Positions 48,095-59,625 of a DNA stretch of 64,000 nt are shown here, piece by piece (positions within the stretch are counted from its first letter, which is position 1; the number at the start of each line of letters is the position of its first letter). The position numbers were made by a program, and so were the translations under genes. Under the pieces are notes generated by a model. That model saw only the letters and a list, made by a program, of their open reading frames with translations, made no database searches and was not told the DNA's origin. Source of the DNA: Marsupella aquatica (Eukaryota; Plantae; Marchantiophyta); assembly GCA_973895155.1 (NCBI GenBank), contig OZ316891.1, forward strand, positions 2,099,324 to 2,163,323, read 5' to 3'.

Positions 48095-51000
48095 CTACTT
48101 GTGATGCAATTGCAAAACCTGCAATACGTCACGGTGTCTAGAAAAACTCTCCAAAGGAATCACTTTGGTAAATGCGTCAGCCGGGTTGAGTTTACCATCA
48201 ATCTTGACTAGCTCAAACAAATTATCAGACACAGCCTGCCTGATAAAATGGTACCTGACGTCAATGTGCTTCACTCTGCTGTCCATCACCTGGTTCACAG
48301 CAAGGTGGAGCGCACTTTGACTATCACAATGGAGCTTCACATTCCCCTGTGGCAATCCCATTTCAGTGATAAGTCTATCCAACCAAATCGCTTCCTTTGT
48401 TGCTTCCGCAGTTGCAACATACTCCGCTTCTGTAGTAGACTGAGCAATACACTTCTGCAAAGTAGACCTTCAACTTATGCATCCACCGCCAAGTGTGAAC
48501 ACGTATCCTGTTGTTGATCTCCTTCGGTCCAAATCTTGTCCATAGTCAGAATCTACATAGCCAATCAATGATCTAGCATTCTTTGCATTCGCATCAAATA
48601 AAAGACCATGATCCACGGTACCCTTCAAGTACCTGATAATCCACTTCACTGCTTCCCAGTGTACCTTCCCTGGATTCGACATGTACCTGCTCACCTTGCC
48701 CATAGCCATGGCAAGATCAGGTCTAGTGCAAGTCATCAAATACATGAGACTCCCCACTGCCTTGTCATATGGAACCTTTGACATCAACCCCTTCTCTGTG
48801 TCATCCGTAGGACAGAACGCTGATGATAACTTGAAGTGTGGAGCCAACGGGGTACTTACTGGCTTGCTATTCTCCATGTTGAACCTTGCAATTACCTTCC
48901 TCGCATAACTGCTCTGCGTCAACCATAGCTTGCCAGCCTCCAAGTCCCTAGTGATCTCCATACCCAAAATCCTCTTAGCTGGCCCTAAGTCCTTCATCTT
49001 AAACTCTGCACTAAGCAGTGCCTTGAGCTTAACAATCTCAGACCTATCCTTGGCTGCAATTAGCATGTCATCCACATAAAGTACTAAAACAATGAACCCA
49101 AAGACAACATTCTTCACCGGTTTCAAATACACACAAGGGTCAAATACACTTCTGTGAAAACCTTGTGACCGAATCCAATCGTCAAACCGCTTGTTCCACT
49201 GTCTTGGTGACTGCTTCAACCCATACAAGGATTTCAGCAATCTGCAAACCAATTCCTCCTGTCCTATCTTCACAAAACCTAGCGGTTGTCTCATGAAGAT
49301 CACCTCTTCCAATGTGCCATAGAGGAAAGCTGTGACAACATCCATCTGATCTAGGAGCAGACCAAACATTACAACAAGTACACACAATAGTCGTATTGTA
49401 GAGTACTTAGCAACTGGTGAGAAGACCTCATTGTAATCCACACCTTTCTCTTGTGTGAATCCCTTTGCTACCAATCTAGCCTTGTAGACCTTCGATCCAC
49501 CTCCTATGGAATTATCCTTCAGCTTGTAAATCCACTTGCTGTCCACCACTTGCTGACCCTTAGGCAGCTTAACAAGCTCCCAAGTTTTGTTATCCTTTAG
49601 TGACTGCATCTCCGTTTGCATTGCTGCAGTCCACTTCTGCTTCTCTTTTGAAGCACTTGCCTCATGAAATGAAGAAGGTTCTCCTTCTTCCAAAATTAAC
49701 GCATCACCCTCATCATCAGCTGTAAAATCATCCTCTTGCAGTTGAGATGAATCAACCCACTGTCCATACCTTGATGGAGCGCGTACAGTGCGACCAGATG
49801 TTCTTCTAGCCGATGACTCCGGTTGATCTGCGTGTGCTGGTACAATTTGAAGCTCAACAGCATCCACTTGTTGCTCACCAGCATCAACAAACTCCTCTGG
49901 TTCCTCTGGCACAGGAACCAGCTCCATAATTGGAGCAACTCCTTCTCTCCGGTCATGCACCTCATAACCAATCTCCCCCTCAACGAGATCCGGGATAGGA
50001 GATTTTCCTTTGTAAGTACGGGAGACCTGAGTATTCTCCCCCTCCTTCAATAATCTGGATTCATTGAAGGAAACATCCCTACTGACAACGAGCTTACAGG
50101 CAATAGGATCCCATAGCCTATAGGCTTTCACACCACTCTGGTACCCAAGAAAAACACATTTCCTGGAGGTAGGATCCAACTTGGTCCTATTCTGCTTTGG
50201 TGTGAGAGCATATGCATCACTTCCAAAAATTACCAAGCCATGATAGTCTGCTTGCCGCTTATAGCGCATCTCAAACGGCGTTTTGAAATTGATAGCACTA
50301 GAAGGAGAAAGATTTACCAAATAAGCTACGGTATTGACAGCTTCTGCCCAAAATTCTTGTGGTAAACCTGATTGGCTCAACATACTCCGTGACCGCTCCA
50401 ACAGTGTCCGATTGAGCCTCTCAGCGACACCATTCTGCTGCGGAGTATAAACTGTGGTGAGATTGCGAGTTATCCCCTGTTCTGAACAGTACTCTTCAAA
50501 TTCCATTGAAGTGTACTCCCCGCCGTTGTCTGACCTCAGACTCTTCACCCTTGTATCCAAACACTTGATCGTGTTTCCAGTCTGATTCTCCACCTGGGCC
50601 TTCCACTTCTTAAAAATGGACAAGACATCAGACTTATGCGTCATGAAATAAATCCACACAAATCTTGAGTAATCATCAATAAATGATACATAGTACAACT
50701 TTCCAGAGTGTGAGGGAGTCGGGGATGGACCCCACACGTCACTATGTATGTACTCAAGAACCGCTTTGGAACGATGAGTTCCAACACCAAAAGCACGACG
50801 ATGCTGCTTTCCAAGAATGCAATGCTCACAAAACTCTAATTTACAAGATTGCAAATCAGAAATGAGTCCATTCTTCCGTAAGATAGCCAAACCCTTCTCA
50901 CTCATGTGGCCTAGCCGTGAATGCCACAGTTGAGTCATCTCCTCGTGAGACTTGGTTACATTGGCCTCTCCACATACAGTATTGCCCTGTAACACATACA

Positions 51001-51367
51001 AATTCTTTTGTCTACTCCCCTTCAAAATCACTGTCTCTCCCGACCTGACTTGAAGTTCACCATCAATAACGCTCCATTGATGACCATTTGAATCCAACAC
51101 ACCGAGTGAAATCAGATTCTTACGCATGCCAGGTACATACCTGACTCCGGACACTGTGCGCACAGCGCCATCAAACATTTGAATCTTCACAAACCCAATT
51201 CCCTCAATTTGACAGGAGTGATCATTTCCCATCAGAACTGAACCGTTTGAAATAGAGTAAGAACTGAAAAACTCACGAATGTAACAAATATGAAAAGAGC
51301 AAGCACAATCAAGAATCCACACATCATCTGCTCTCCTAGATGACGTGCACAGGGCATACCCCCGGCT
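48095..51367 (-). pseudogene. Copia Pol (protease, GAG-pre-integrase, integrase, RT, RNase H) with an in-frame stop at 48470-48472
   Basis: WILDCACSFH, LWHSRLGH, HSDVWGP, LRSDNGGEY, QQNGVAER, YKARLVAKG, LYGLKQSPRQW, LYVDDML and STTEAEY..KHIDVRYHF. The conserved W in GGCISW is TGA. Confidence 0.9.
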
Positions 51368-52408
51368 TCATAAAACATACTCATCATTGAGTAAATCAGC
51401 TTCTCCATCAGCCCTAGCCACATTTGCCGATGAAGTTTCCGCTGCCTTTCCCTTACAGTCTCGCTTGAAGTGTCCAACTTGGTTGCACTTCCAACATGTC
51501 ACCTGCCTCCTCTGAGGGGATTTACCCTTGGACTTAGATCTGGATTTAGATCTAAACTGGGTTCTACGGTCCCCAGTTGGTCGCTGCATACCCCTCCCAC
51601 GGTTAACATTGAGGGCAGCACCAGATGATGAAGGCTGTGATGTGATGTGCATCTTCTGCTGAAGATCATCACTAAGCAGAGAACTTACCACGTCATTATA
51701 TGAAATGGTATCCCTATCACGATGCAACAACACTCGTGATAGGGACTGGTAAGATGGAGGCAATGAACTAAGAAGCTGCAGAGCCTTCGTCTCATCATTC
51801 AAAGTCTCCCCAAGGTTTTCCAAGTCAACGACCATGTCGTTGAAAGCATCCACATGGTCTTGCAACTTTGTGTCGGATTCCTTCATCCTGAAACTCATGA
51901 GTTTGTAGGAAGTGTAGAGCCGGTTCGACAACTCCTTGCGGTGATACTTGCTCTGCAATTCCGCAAACAAGGACATGCAATCCTTATGTGCACCCAACTG
52001 CTTGATGATGGGAGGCATGAGATAGAGTGTAACACACCACACTCCCTGCTCCTGCATGCGGTCCCATTGTTTCTCATCAACATCATCTTCACGAGGGCTC
52101 AGCAGTTGGCCCATCCCTGACGCATAGAGCACTCCCTTCACCTGCTTCTCCCATAGCAAGTAGTCAGAGCGCCCATCATACTTTGTCACTTCATACTTGG
52201 GTCCCCCAAGCTTGAAAGTCCCCATCTTCTTCTTTGGCACTACCGTGAGCTCCGGTAGTAGTACTGCTTCCTCCACCACACGCTGCACCGGTGATGGTAT
52301 CGGTGTCACGTGCTCTTCCTCCTGCTCCTCTCTCTGCCCCTGAAACCGCCGCGGTGATCCTCGTGCTTCAAGTTCCACGTCTTCGAAAAATTCCTCCGAA
52401 TCACTCAT
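51368..52408 (-). CDS. Copia Gag (retrotransposon gag/UBN2-like plus CCHC zinc knuckle)
   Basis: KYDGRSDYLLWEKQ, LLSSLPPSY and CWKCNQVGHFKRDC; the ORF ends at TGA. Confidence 0.9.
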   Translation of the reverse strand: MSDSEEFFEDVELEARGSPRRFQGQREEQEEEHVTPIPSPVQRVVEEAVLLPELTVVPKKKMGTFKLGGPKYEVTKYDGRSDYLLWEKQVKGVLYASGMGQLLSPREDDVDEKQWDRMQEQGVWCVTLYLMPPIIKQLGAHKDCMSLFAELQSKYHRKELSNRLYTSYKLMSFRMKESDTKLQDHVDAFNDMVVDLENLGETLNDETKALQLLSSLPPSYQSLSRVLLHRDRDTISYNDVVSSLLSDDLQQKMHITSQPSSSGAALNVNRGRGMQRPTGDRRTQFRSKSRSKSKGKSPQRRQVTCWKCNQVGHFKRDCKGKAAETSSANVARADGEADLLNDEYVL

Positions 52409-53107
52409 ATGAGAAAATCACAAAAATTATTGTTTTTCACAACTTCTCAAAAACTCAAAACTCAACACCGCCGCGTAGCCCACAAAGCTAGGAGTCCAAT
52501 ACAGAAAACCGAAATCAAAATCAAAATTTGACGGAAAAGTTATTCAAATTTCGGTCGAGGTGGGTAAAACCTTGGGAAACTCCCCCGTTTTGACCACCTC
52601 AGGGAATAACCGAAATACCAAGTACAACCCATTGTCGGAATTACGATGTGATTGGTGCGCCGCGTTGCCAACTTCAATGGCTACGACCTTGTCAACAACG
52701 AATGTTGATCAATTGCACTTGGTGCCGTCACCAATCCAACAAGGTAATTGATTTTGCTTAGCCTTCCTCTTTGCATCAAAGAGCCAATCCCGGACTCAAA
52801 ACAATCGTCTTGCCTCAATCTCTCCGTTGAGTCAAAACACTTGACGCTTCTCCCTCCGAGTCGATTGTCAACTTTCTTCACAAAATCCAGAACGACGAAA
52901 ACTTAGATCTCTCTGCACCACGAGCTCCGTTCAGCGATTTCTTCACACCGTTAGAAAGCTCTTGCCCCGATCTATCCGTTGAGCCCATAAACTCCAAGTT
53001 CCATGTGACGGAACTCCGGGAAATCCACCGACACTCAACGCTGGAAAAACCGTAATGAAATCCCGTCATGAACACACGTCACCTCCCAAGCATGCTCTGA
53101 TACCAAT

Positions 53108-53564
53108 TGTTGAGCATAGACGACGATCGCAACGGCAAGCCCATGAACCATCCAACGCACAATAGTCGACACAAGAGATACGTGGTTCACCTCCTTGAGG
53201 CTACGTCCACGGGAACACACAAGAGAGCTTTACTGAACTCTAAGCCCGTCGGCTATACCGAGTCTCCACAGTGTAAGCTCTCCCTATCTCTCAAGTGGCT
53301 CCATAACAATGAGCCTTGGTTCTACCTCTCCAAGCACACATGCCTCTTATGATATAGTGTGCAACTTAGTTGTACCTAACCACATAGTTGTACCTAATCA
53401 CGTAGTTGTACCTAACCACATAGTTGTACCTAATCACGTAGTTGTACCTAACCACATAGTTGTACCTAATCACGTAGTTGTACCTAACCACGTAGTTGTA
53501 CCAACCCACGTTGTTGTACCAACCACGTCATGCCTAACCTAGACGTAAGAGTAAATACCCAACA
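53108..53564 (-). repeat. 5' LTR of the copia element
   Basis: Direct repeat of 47447-47903, adjacent to the tRNA-iMet PBS. Confidence 0.95.
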
Positions 53565-56500
53565 GTTTCCACAGGACTAATCAAGTAAAGTTTTTCAGGT
53601 AGGGGGTCTATTAAGCATATCCCTCCCATTGACAATGGATTGAAGTCTACTAGCACGAGGCCTGGGGTAGGGCTTTGTTTTTATGCATGAATTGTACATA
53701 GGAAATCCAACTAGCCGGACAGAAAATAGAAAGTACAGACGTGGGAACCATTCATGGGTCTTCATAGTTTACTTCTAATCATTAAAATCAATTACAGATA
53801 GTTTAGAGACCTTAAGTAGTAAATCTTGAAATTCTATGAAAATATACAACATCAGCTATAACTTGAGATATATCAATCTGATGGGCCCACATGAAACTTT
53901 TTTTACCAAGTGGGACCCCTCTTAATGACCCATACACCTGTTCTTGTGGTGCCTACTATGTATAGTTAACCATACCCATTGCCTTGTAGTGCAGTCCATC
54001 ATGCTTGTTGTTGCAATCTACAACGTCTAGTCCACCATGCGGGTCGCCGTAGTCTACCGCAGTTTATCAAAATGGGCAACAATGCCATTACCACAGGATT
54101 CGATGGCTTAATGCTTGAAGACACAATGGATTATGTCTTCCCATGTTTCAAGGTTTAGCATTTAGGGTGTACCCCGACACCTTTGGGTTTGTCTTCTTTT
54201 GGAATTGTTTGTACGCATTGCATACTAGGGGAGTATTGCCATTTTTCAAGCGCATTCGTCGATCATTTGTCAATTTTTGTCATGGCGGTAGTGGGGGAAT
54301 TTTGAACATTGAACTTGAATATTCACTCTGGACATTTGGAGGTACTCCACACTGACGCTGATAGTTGCACATGAAAACATTGTAAAATACCTGTGTGCAC
54401 CGCTTGAAAAGCATACCTAATGACTACCCTGCAATAGGGTAAAAATTTGAACCCAAAGATGTAATCCATATTGTATTCAAGTCGCGGTTTGGGCAGCAGC
54501 GGCTGCTTTTTGCGGTTCTCCCACATCATCTCCACAGTTTCACATATTTCTCCCACATGTTTCTTTGACCATGCAGCCATGCAAGAGTGGCCTCATGCAC
54601 GGTCCAACAGTCACAAAAAACTGTACAAGCAAACCTAATCACTACCCCGCGATTGGTCAAATTTTGAATCCGAATAAATAATGAATATTGTCTTCAAATC
54701 ACAGTTTTGGCAGCGGCAACCACTTTTGTAGTTTCTCCTTAATAATCTCCATGGTTTTTCAGTTGACCATGCAGGGTAGACTGCACGATCCAACCGTGCA
54801 ATTTTCCTGGAGTCATGGTTGACCATAGTCTTTCTGGAAAGCATGGTTGGTCACTCCATGAAGGAAAAACTTGTTAGAGTGCCTGTGATAAGAAGGTCTG
54901 ACCGACAAGGGGCCTATTAGGTAACAAACGTTATTTAGGGGCCCATCAGGTAAGAAAGGTTTACCAAAGCGCCCATCAAGCATATATCTCGCTAAAACTT
55001 ATGATTGGATATTGGTTTTCTCCAAGCACATTCTGGTAGTTGCTATAGATCATCATGACAAGTCCATTCCAGAATTATTGGCCTATGGTTGCACCATGTC
55101 AGCTGTTTCCACCACAAAAAACAAATGGGAATGTTTAGTGGGGACAAACATGATGGTCCATGTTTGTCGCAATGCCAACAAAAATGGTTAAACCCAGGAA
55201 TGGCGAAAACTTCAGAAAGTTGAAAATTAACATTCAAAATAACAAAGAACAAAAAGGTAACCGGTTGGAACCATTTTATTTACTTTTTGAATTATAATAA
55301 ATCATTTCTTTAGATGTATTTGTGTTTACTTAAAAATTATCGATGACTAAATCTAACTGTTAGATCTGATTGATTAATTAATGCATTTGATCAATAGTTG
55401 CAAACAACAACAATGGTGTACACAACGGTCACATTCCAGAAAAGATGCATGTCATCAATTTTTTTGATAAACAACATCAAATGCTGATAATTAACTGACG
55501 ATGTACACTTTAAATCAGCAGTACTCTAAGTCAGTCAGTTATTAATTTTGGATTTCTTTTCGTGCTAGTAGGGTACATTAGCATTCTAAGATACATCAAT
55601 AGATTTTTGGCCATAATTTTGTCCTCACAATCCTGTTTGGGCTGAGATTTTGCTACATAGCTTGGGACCTACGTACTAAATCAATTTGAAGAAAAATGGA
55701 TAACCCAAAACTCACTAGTGACTCTCATTAATTAAACCAATAAAATGAAAGAGATTGAAGGGAAAAAGTTAAGTGAGGATTGGGGACAAAAGAAAGATAG
55801 AAAATGGGTGGAGCTTAGGGTGGGTAAGGAGGGGAAAGAAATCGGGGTTGCAAGTTTCTGTTTAATTGAGCTTTTCTTGAACTTTAACACTAATTATGTT
55901 CCCACATCTATTGAGCATTAGTTAGGGTTAGCCACTTATTTACTGAAATTTTGTATGTTCATTGACTAGATGGATTGAATTCTACTAGGGAGACATGGGT
56001 GATAGGTCTTTTTTGCACGAATTGCATAAAAACTCCAACAAGAGGGACCGGCAATAGAAAATACAAAGGTGGTCGGGAATCATTGATTTAGTCTTTATAT
56101 GTCAGAATATTATAAGGTTTTGGAAAGAATGTTTATTTTACTCCTTTGGGCACTTTGTTGGTACTGCGAAGCATCACCCGACCCTTCCAACACTAAAAGT
56201 GATCCGATGAGCCCAAATTTCAATGGTCGATGGTCTCTTTTCTGTATTTGGCGAGAGCGTTGTTCAATCTGGCAAATGTCCCCAAGGTCTATGAGAAAGG
56301 AAATAGGAAGGACCCACCTAATACTTAGTTATGAATATTAGGTGTTAATAATTTTCAAATATGAATTACTCACTACAACGATCGTGTCATCTTGGCTAGT
56401 GCAAAAACTAAACTATTATTAAAATTCCAGACTCAACTAACAAAATATTTTAGATTCCTTATGAAGCATTGCATAATTGTGTGATGCAAATTTAAGAATG

Positions 56501-58364
56501 TTTTGAGCACTTTGATGTAAACACTGACTTTCCAGTGTATTGTGATTTTGAAAATGTAACACATAACAAGTATTAAAACATACATAAGTAAGGGTCCCAA
56601 ACTAATTACTAACCCCCATGGGAAGCTCCTTCCAAAATACTTGGAAGCACATGCTGCCACATCAGCACTATTGATCACAAACTAGTATGTGGATCCAGTT
56701 CAATTTTTTTTACACATTGGTAATATTGTATTTGTTTGTTTTACTAGTTCTCTTTCCTGGTCTTTCCTAGTCATCAAGTTTGCCAAAACTCTATGATGTG
56801 CACAAATACACTGCCAAGAATTTGGAAGGAGCTTTTAGCGTGGTACATAATATTGTCAGCCTTTGTTTGTCTCCACCTTTCTCAAATTCTTTTCACTTCT
56901 CTGTGTAATTCACATTGCAACTCTTCACTATAGCTATCACCTTGCTTGTTCGAGTGACAAATTATTCATCACAAGGGTGAGCAACAAACTATCTTGGAGG
57001 CAAGGAGCTAGGCAATCACCTGCACTTCATTGTCTCGCAACATTTTTGTGCAATGGATAACTACGCATTGGACTTGTCTATAAAATTATAAGATGTTTTT
57101 TAAAGTATCTGAAGTTTGGATAATAAAAGTTGACATCACTAGCAAACAAATTCATAAACTCAAAAACTATTCATAGCATTGGTTTTTTAATTGTTTTATG
57201 GGGAGATAAGTATACTTTTTGTTTGGAAAATGTACTTTATTCATCATGATTTGTCTAGTAATGACAAAAACAAAGTTCTCATCAATTTTAATTGCTGGCA
57301 AATGGAACAAAGAAAAAAACCATAAGTGTATAATCATAATGATCATGTTGGGAAGAGACTAACTTTATATAGAGCCACCTTCATGAGAGGAGAAACATAC
57401 TGATTTCATTTCTGTTTTATAAATGTATGTTTTACTAATCAATAGAAAGTCATAGCCTTATTTTTGTAGAGATTTTATAATAATAGAATAATTTAATGTT
57501 TTGAGAATAGTTGGTTATTCTTGAATGTGTAAGTGAGTTTGAGATTATGCTTATGACTTTTTTAGTGTGCATTCAAGGAATATGTTTGAATGAGGCCTGG
57601 GGGGAGCTACACTCAAGTGGCATACAAGATTTTTTTTAAGATTTCTCATGGTGACTACCATCAAGGTAAATGTTTATATCAGTGCATATTTTTTATGACT
57701 AGAATTTGTGTTTATTGTTATTTGTGAAGTGACTTGGTATTTTGTCCATTCAATTGACATGAGCAATTTTGTGTGAGTTTGTAGATAAATTTTGGCATCA
57801 CTAAGAAACAACCCCAAGCTATCATCTAAGCTTGAAATAGAGGTTTGTTTTTTGTTTTTTTCCCCATTGAATAAGTGTGATTGCTAAAGTTGTTCACTCA
57901 TAAAGCTAAATCAAGCATGGACATCTATAATCTAAAATCTAATTTTCACACATGTTATATTTATCATAATAGTGTTTATTTTCAAATAAATTATCAGAAA
58001 AGCTAAAATTTATAGCATTATCATATATGGATGTGCAAATATAAGTATATTATTTATTTACCACAACACTTAGAGCTTCTATTTGAATCAACACAATAGA
58101 TTTATGCAATCTTAACAAAACTATAAGTATTCATAATTTGCAATTTCTTTGTAAAAAGCAATGCTCTTGGTAGGTAGATGAGTCTTTTGTAATTGTGTTT
58201 CATATTGTTATGATTATCTTAGCACATTACATATTCAGAAAGTGAAACTTTCCCTTTGTTGGATTCCAAAAATGGAGAAGTTAGCTCTTTGTACCTAAAG
58301 GTATTCACTTAAGTTTACTATCAATCAGGTACTATAATTATAAGGTGCATATCATATTATTTGA

Positions 58365-58890
58365 GTTAAGGCAATAAACTATAGTACGCACATATGCAAA
58401 GGTCGGTGTAATGTTTGACCCCAATTATAACTTCAAAATCAATATAAGGTTACAAGTTAAGGCATTCTGTTACACACATCCACAAGGGTCGGTGTATTGT
58501 TTGACCCCAATTGTACCTTCAAAATCAATATAAAGTTACAAGTTAAGGCATCTTGGTACACACATCTGCAAGGGTCGGTGTACTGTTTGACCCTAGTTGT
58601 AACTTATAAAATCAATATAAGGTAACTACAAGTTAAGACACTATGGTACACACATTTACAAGGGTTAGTGTACTGCTTGACCCTAGTTGTAACTTCAAAA
58701 TCAAACTAAGGTTATCTGGGAAGGTTACAAGTCAAGGCATTTTGGTACACACATCTACAAGGGTGGGTATAATGTTTGACCCCATTTGTAACTTTAAAAT
58801 CAATAAGGTCATAAATTAAGGCAATTGGTACACATGTATTCAAGGGTTTGAGTATTGTTTGACAAGTTGTAACTTAAAAACAAGGTTATA
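58365..58890. repeat. Tandem array of six ~83-99-bp units with internal inverted repeats
   Basis: Unit anchors CAA(A/G)GGT at 58397, 58483, 58569, 58659, 58758 and 58841. Confidence 0.9.
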
Positions 58891-59374
58891 ATACTCTAGA
58901 GTTTACATTCCAAAAATCTAACATTCAATACCATTTCAAAACAATATTTTCATAACTAGACCCTTTCACATGTTAACATCTTAATAATCCTTGCATTAAA
59001 TTTCAATGTAAGCTTCCCATGACCAAACCCTCGCTTATTCACCCCACCTTCCTCATGATCTTTCACCCCTACTTATATTTTAGTATTCTTTCCCAATTTA
59101 CTTGTGTGGCGTCAAGAGGTTGAGAGAATGCTTTATATGTTGCTTACCAAGCTTATTTATTTATTTATTTTATTGCAATTAAATTTCCTTTTAAAATATA
59201 CTTTATACCCAACCTGGAGATTTTTCAAATATTGATTTTTTTCAAAGCCCACATATTGCCCAAGTTCTTCTTATTCTTTAGGCACCATAAAGGGCATAAT
59301 CTAGTTATGTCAACATCCAAGCATGGATAGGTTTAGTTTGATAGAGTTGTTTGTGTTGAGAAGTGATATTACTC

Positions 59375-59625
59375 TTCACACGAGGCATCACACACAAAAG
59401 TAATATAGATCACTGAATTCAAAACATCTAATGGTATAAAAGTCCTTTTTGAGCTAAGAGACCACACGAGTATTCACACACAAAATGAATCTGGATGGTT
59501 GGATTCATAACATCTAACGGTATGAAAGCTCATTTTCAGTTGAGAGGCCACACGAGCCTTCACACAAGTCTTCACACACAAAATGGATGTAGATCGTTCG
59601 ATTCAAACCATCTAATGGCTGGATA
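59375..59625. repeat. Three degenerate ~87-100-bp repeats, TE subterminal-like
   Basis: CACACACAAAA..GAT..GATTCA..CATCTAA(T/C)GG three times. Confidence 0.7.

Larger units (their letters stand above)
47447..53564 (-). mobile_element. Full-length Ty1/copia LTR retrotransposon (Tnt1/Tork-like), very recent insertion
   Basis: LTRs 47447-47903 and 53108-53564 (457 bp, TG..CA, identical by eye). 5-bp TSD GTTTC at 47442-47446 and 53565-53569. PBS TGGTATCAGAGC at 53105-53094 and PPT TCAAGGGGAAGAT at 47916-47904. Domain order gag-PR-INT-RT-RH. Confidence 0.97.
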
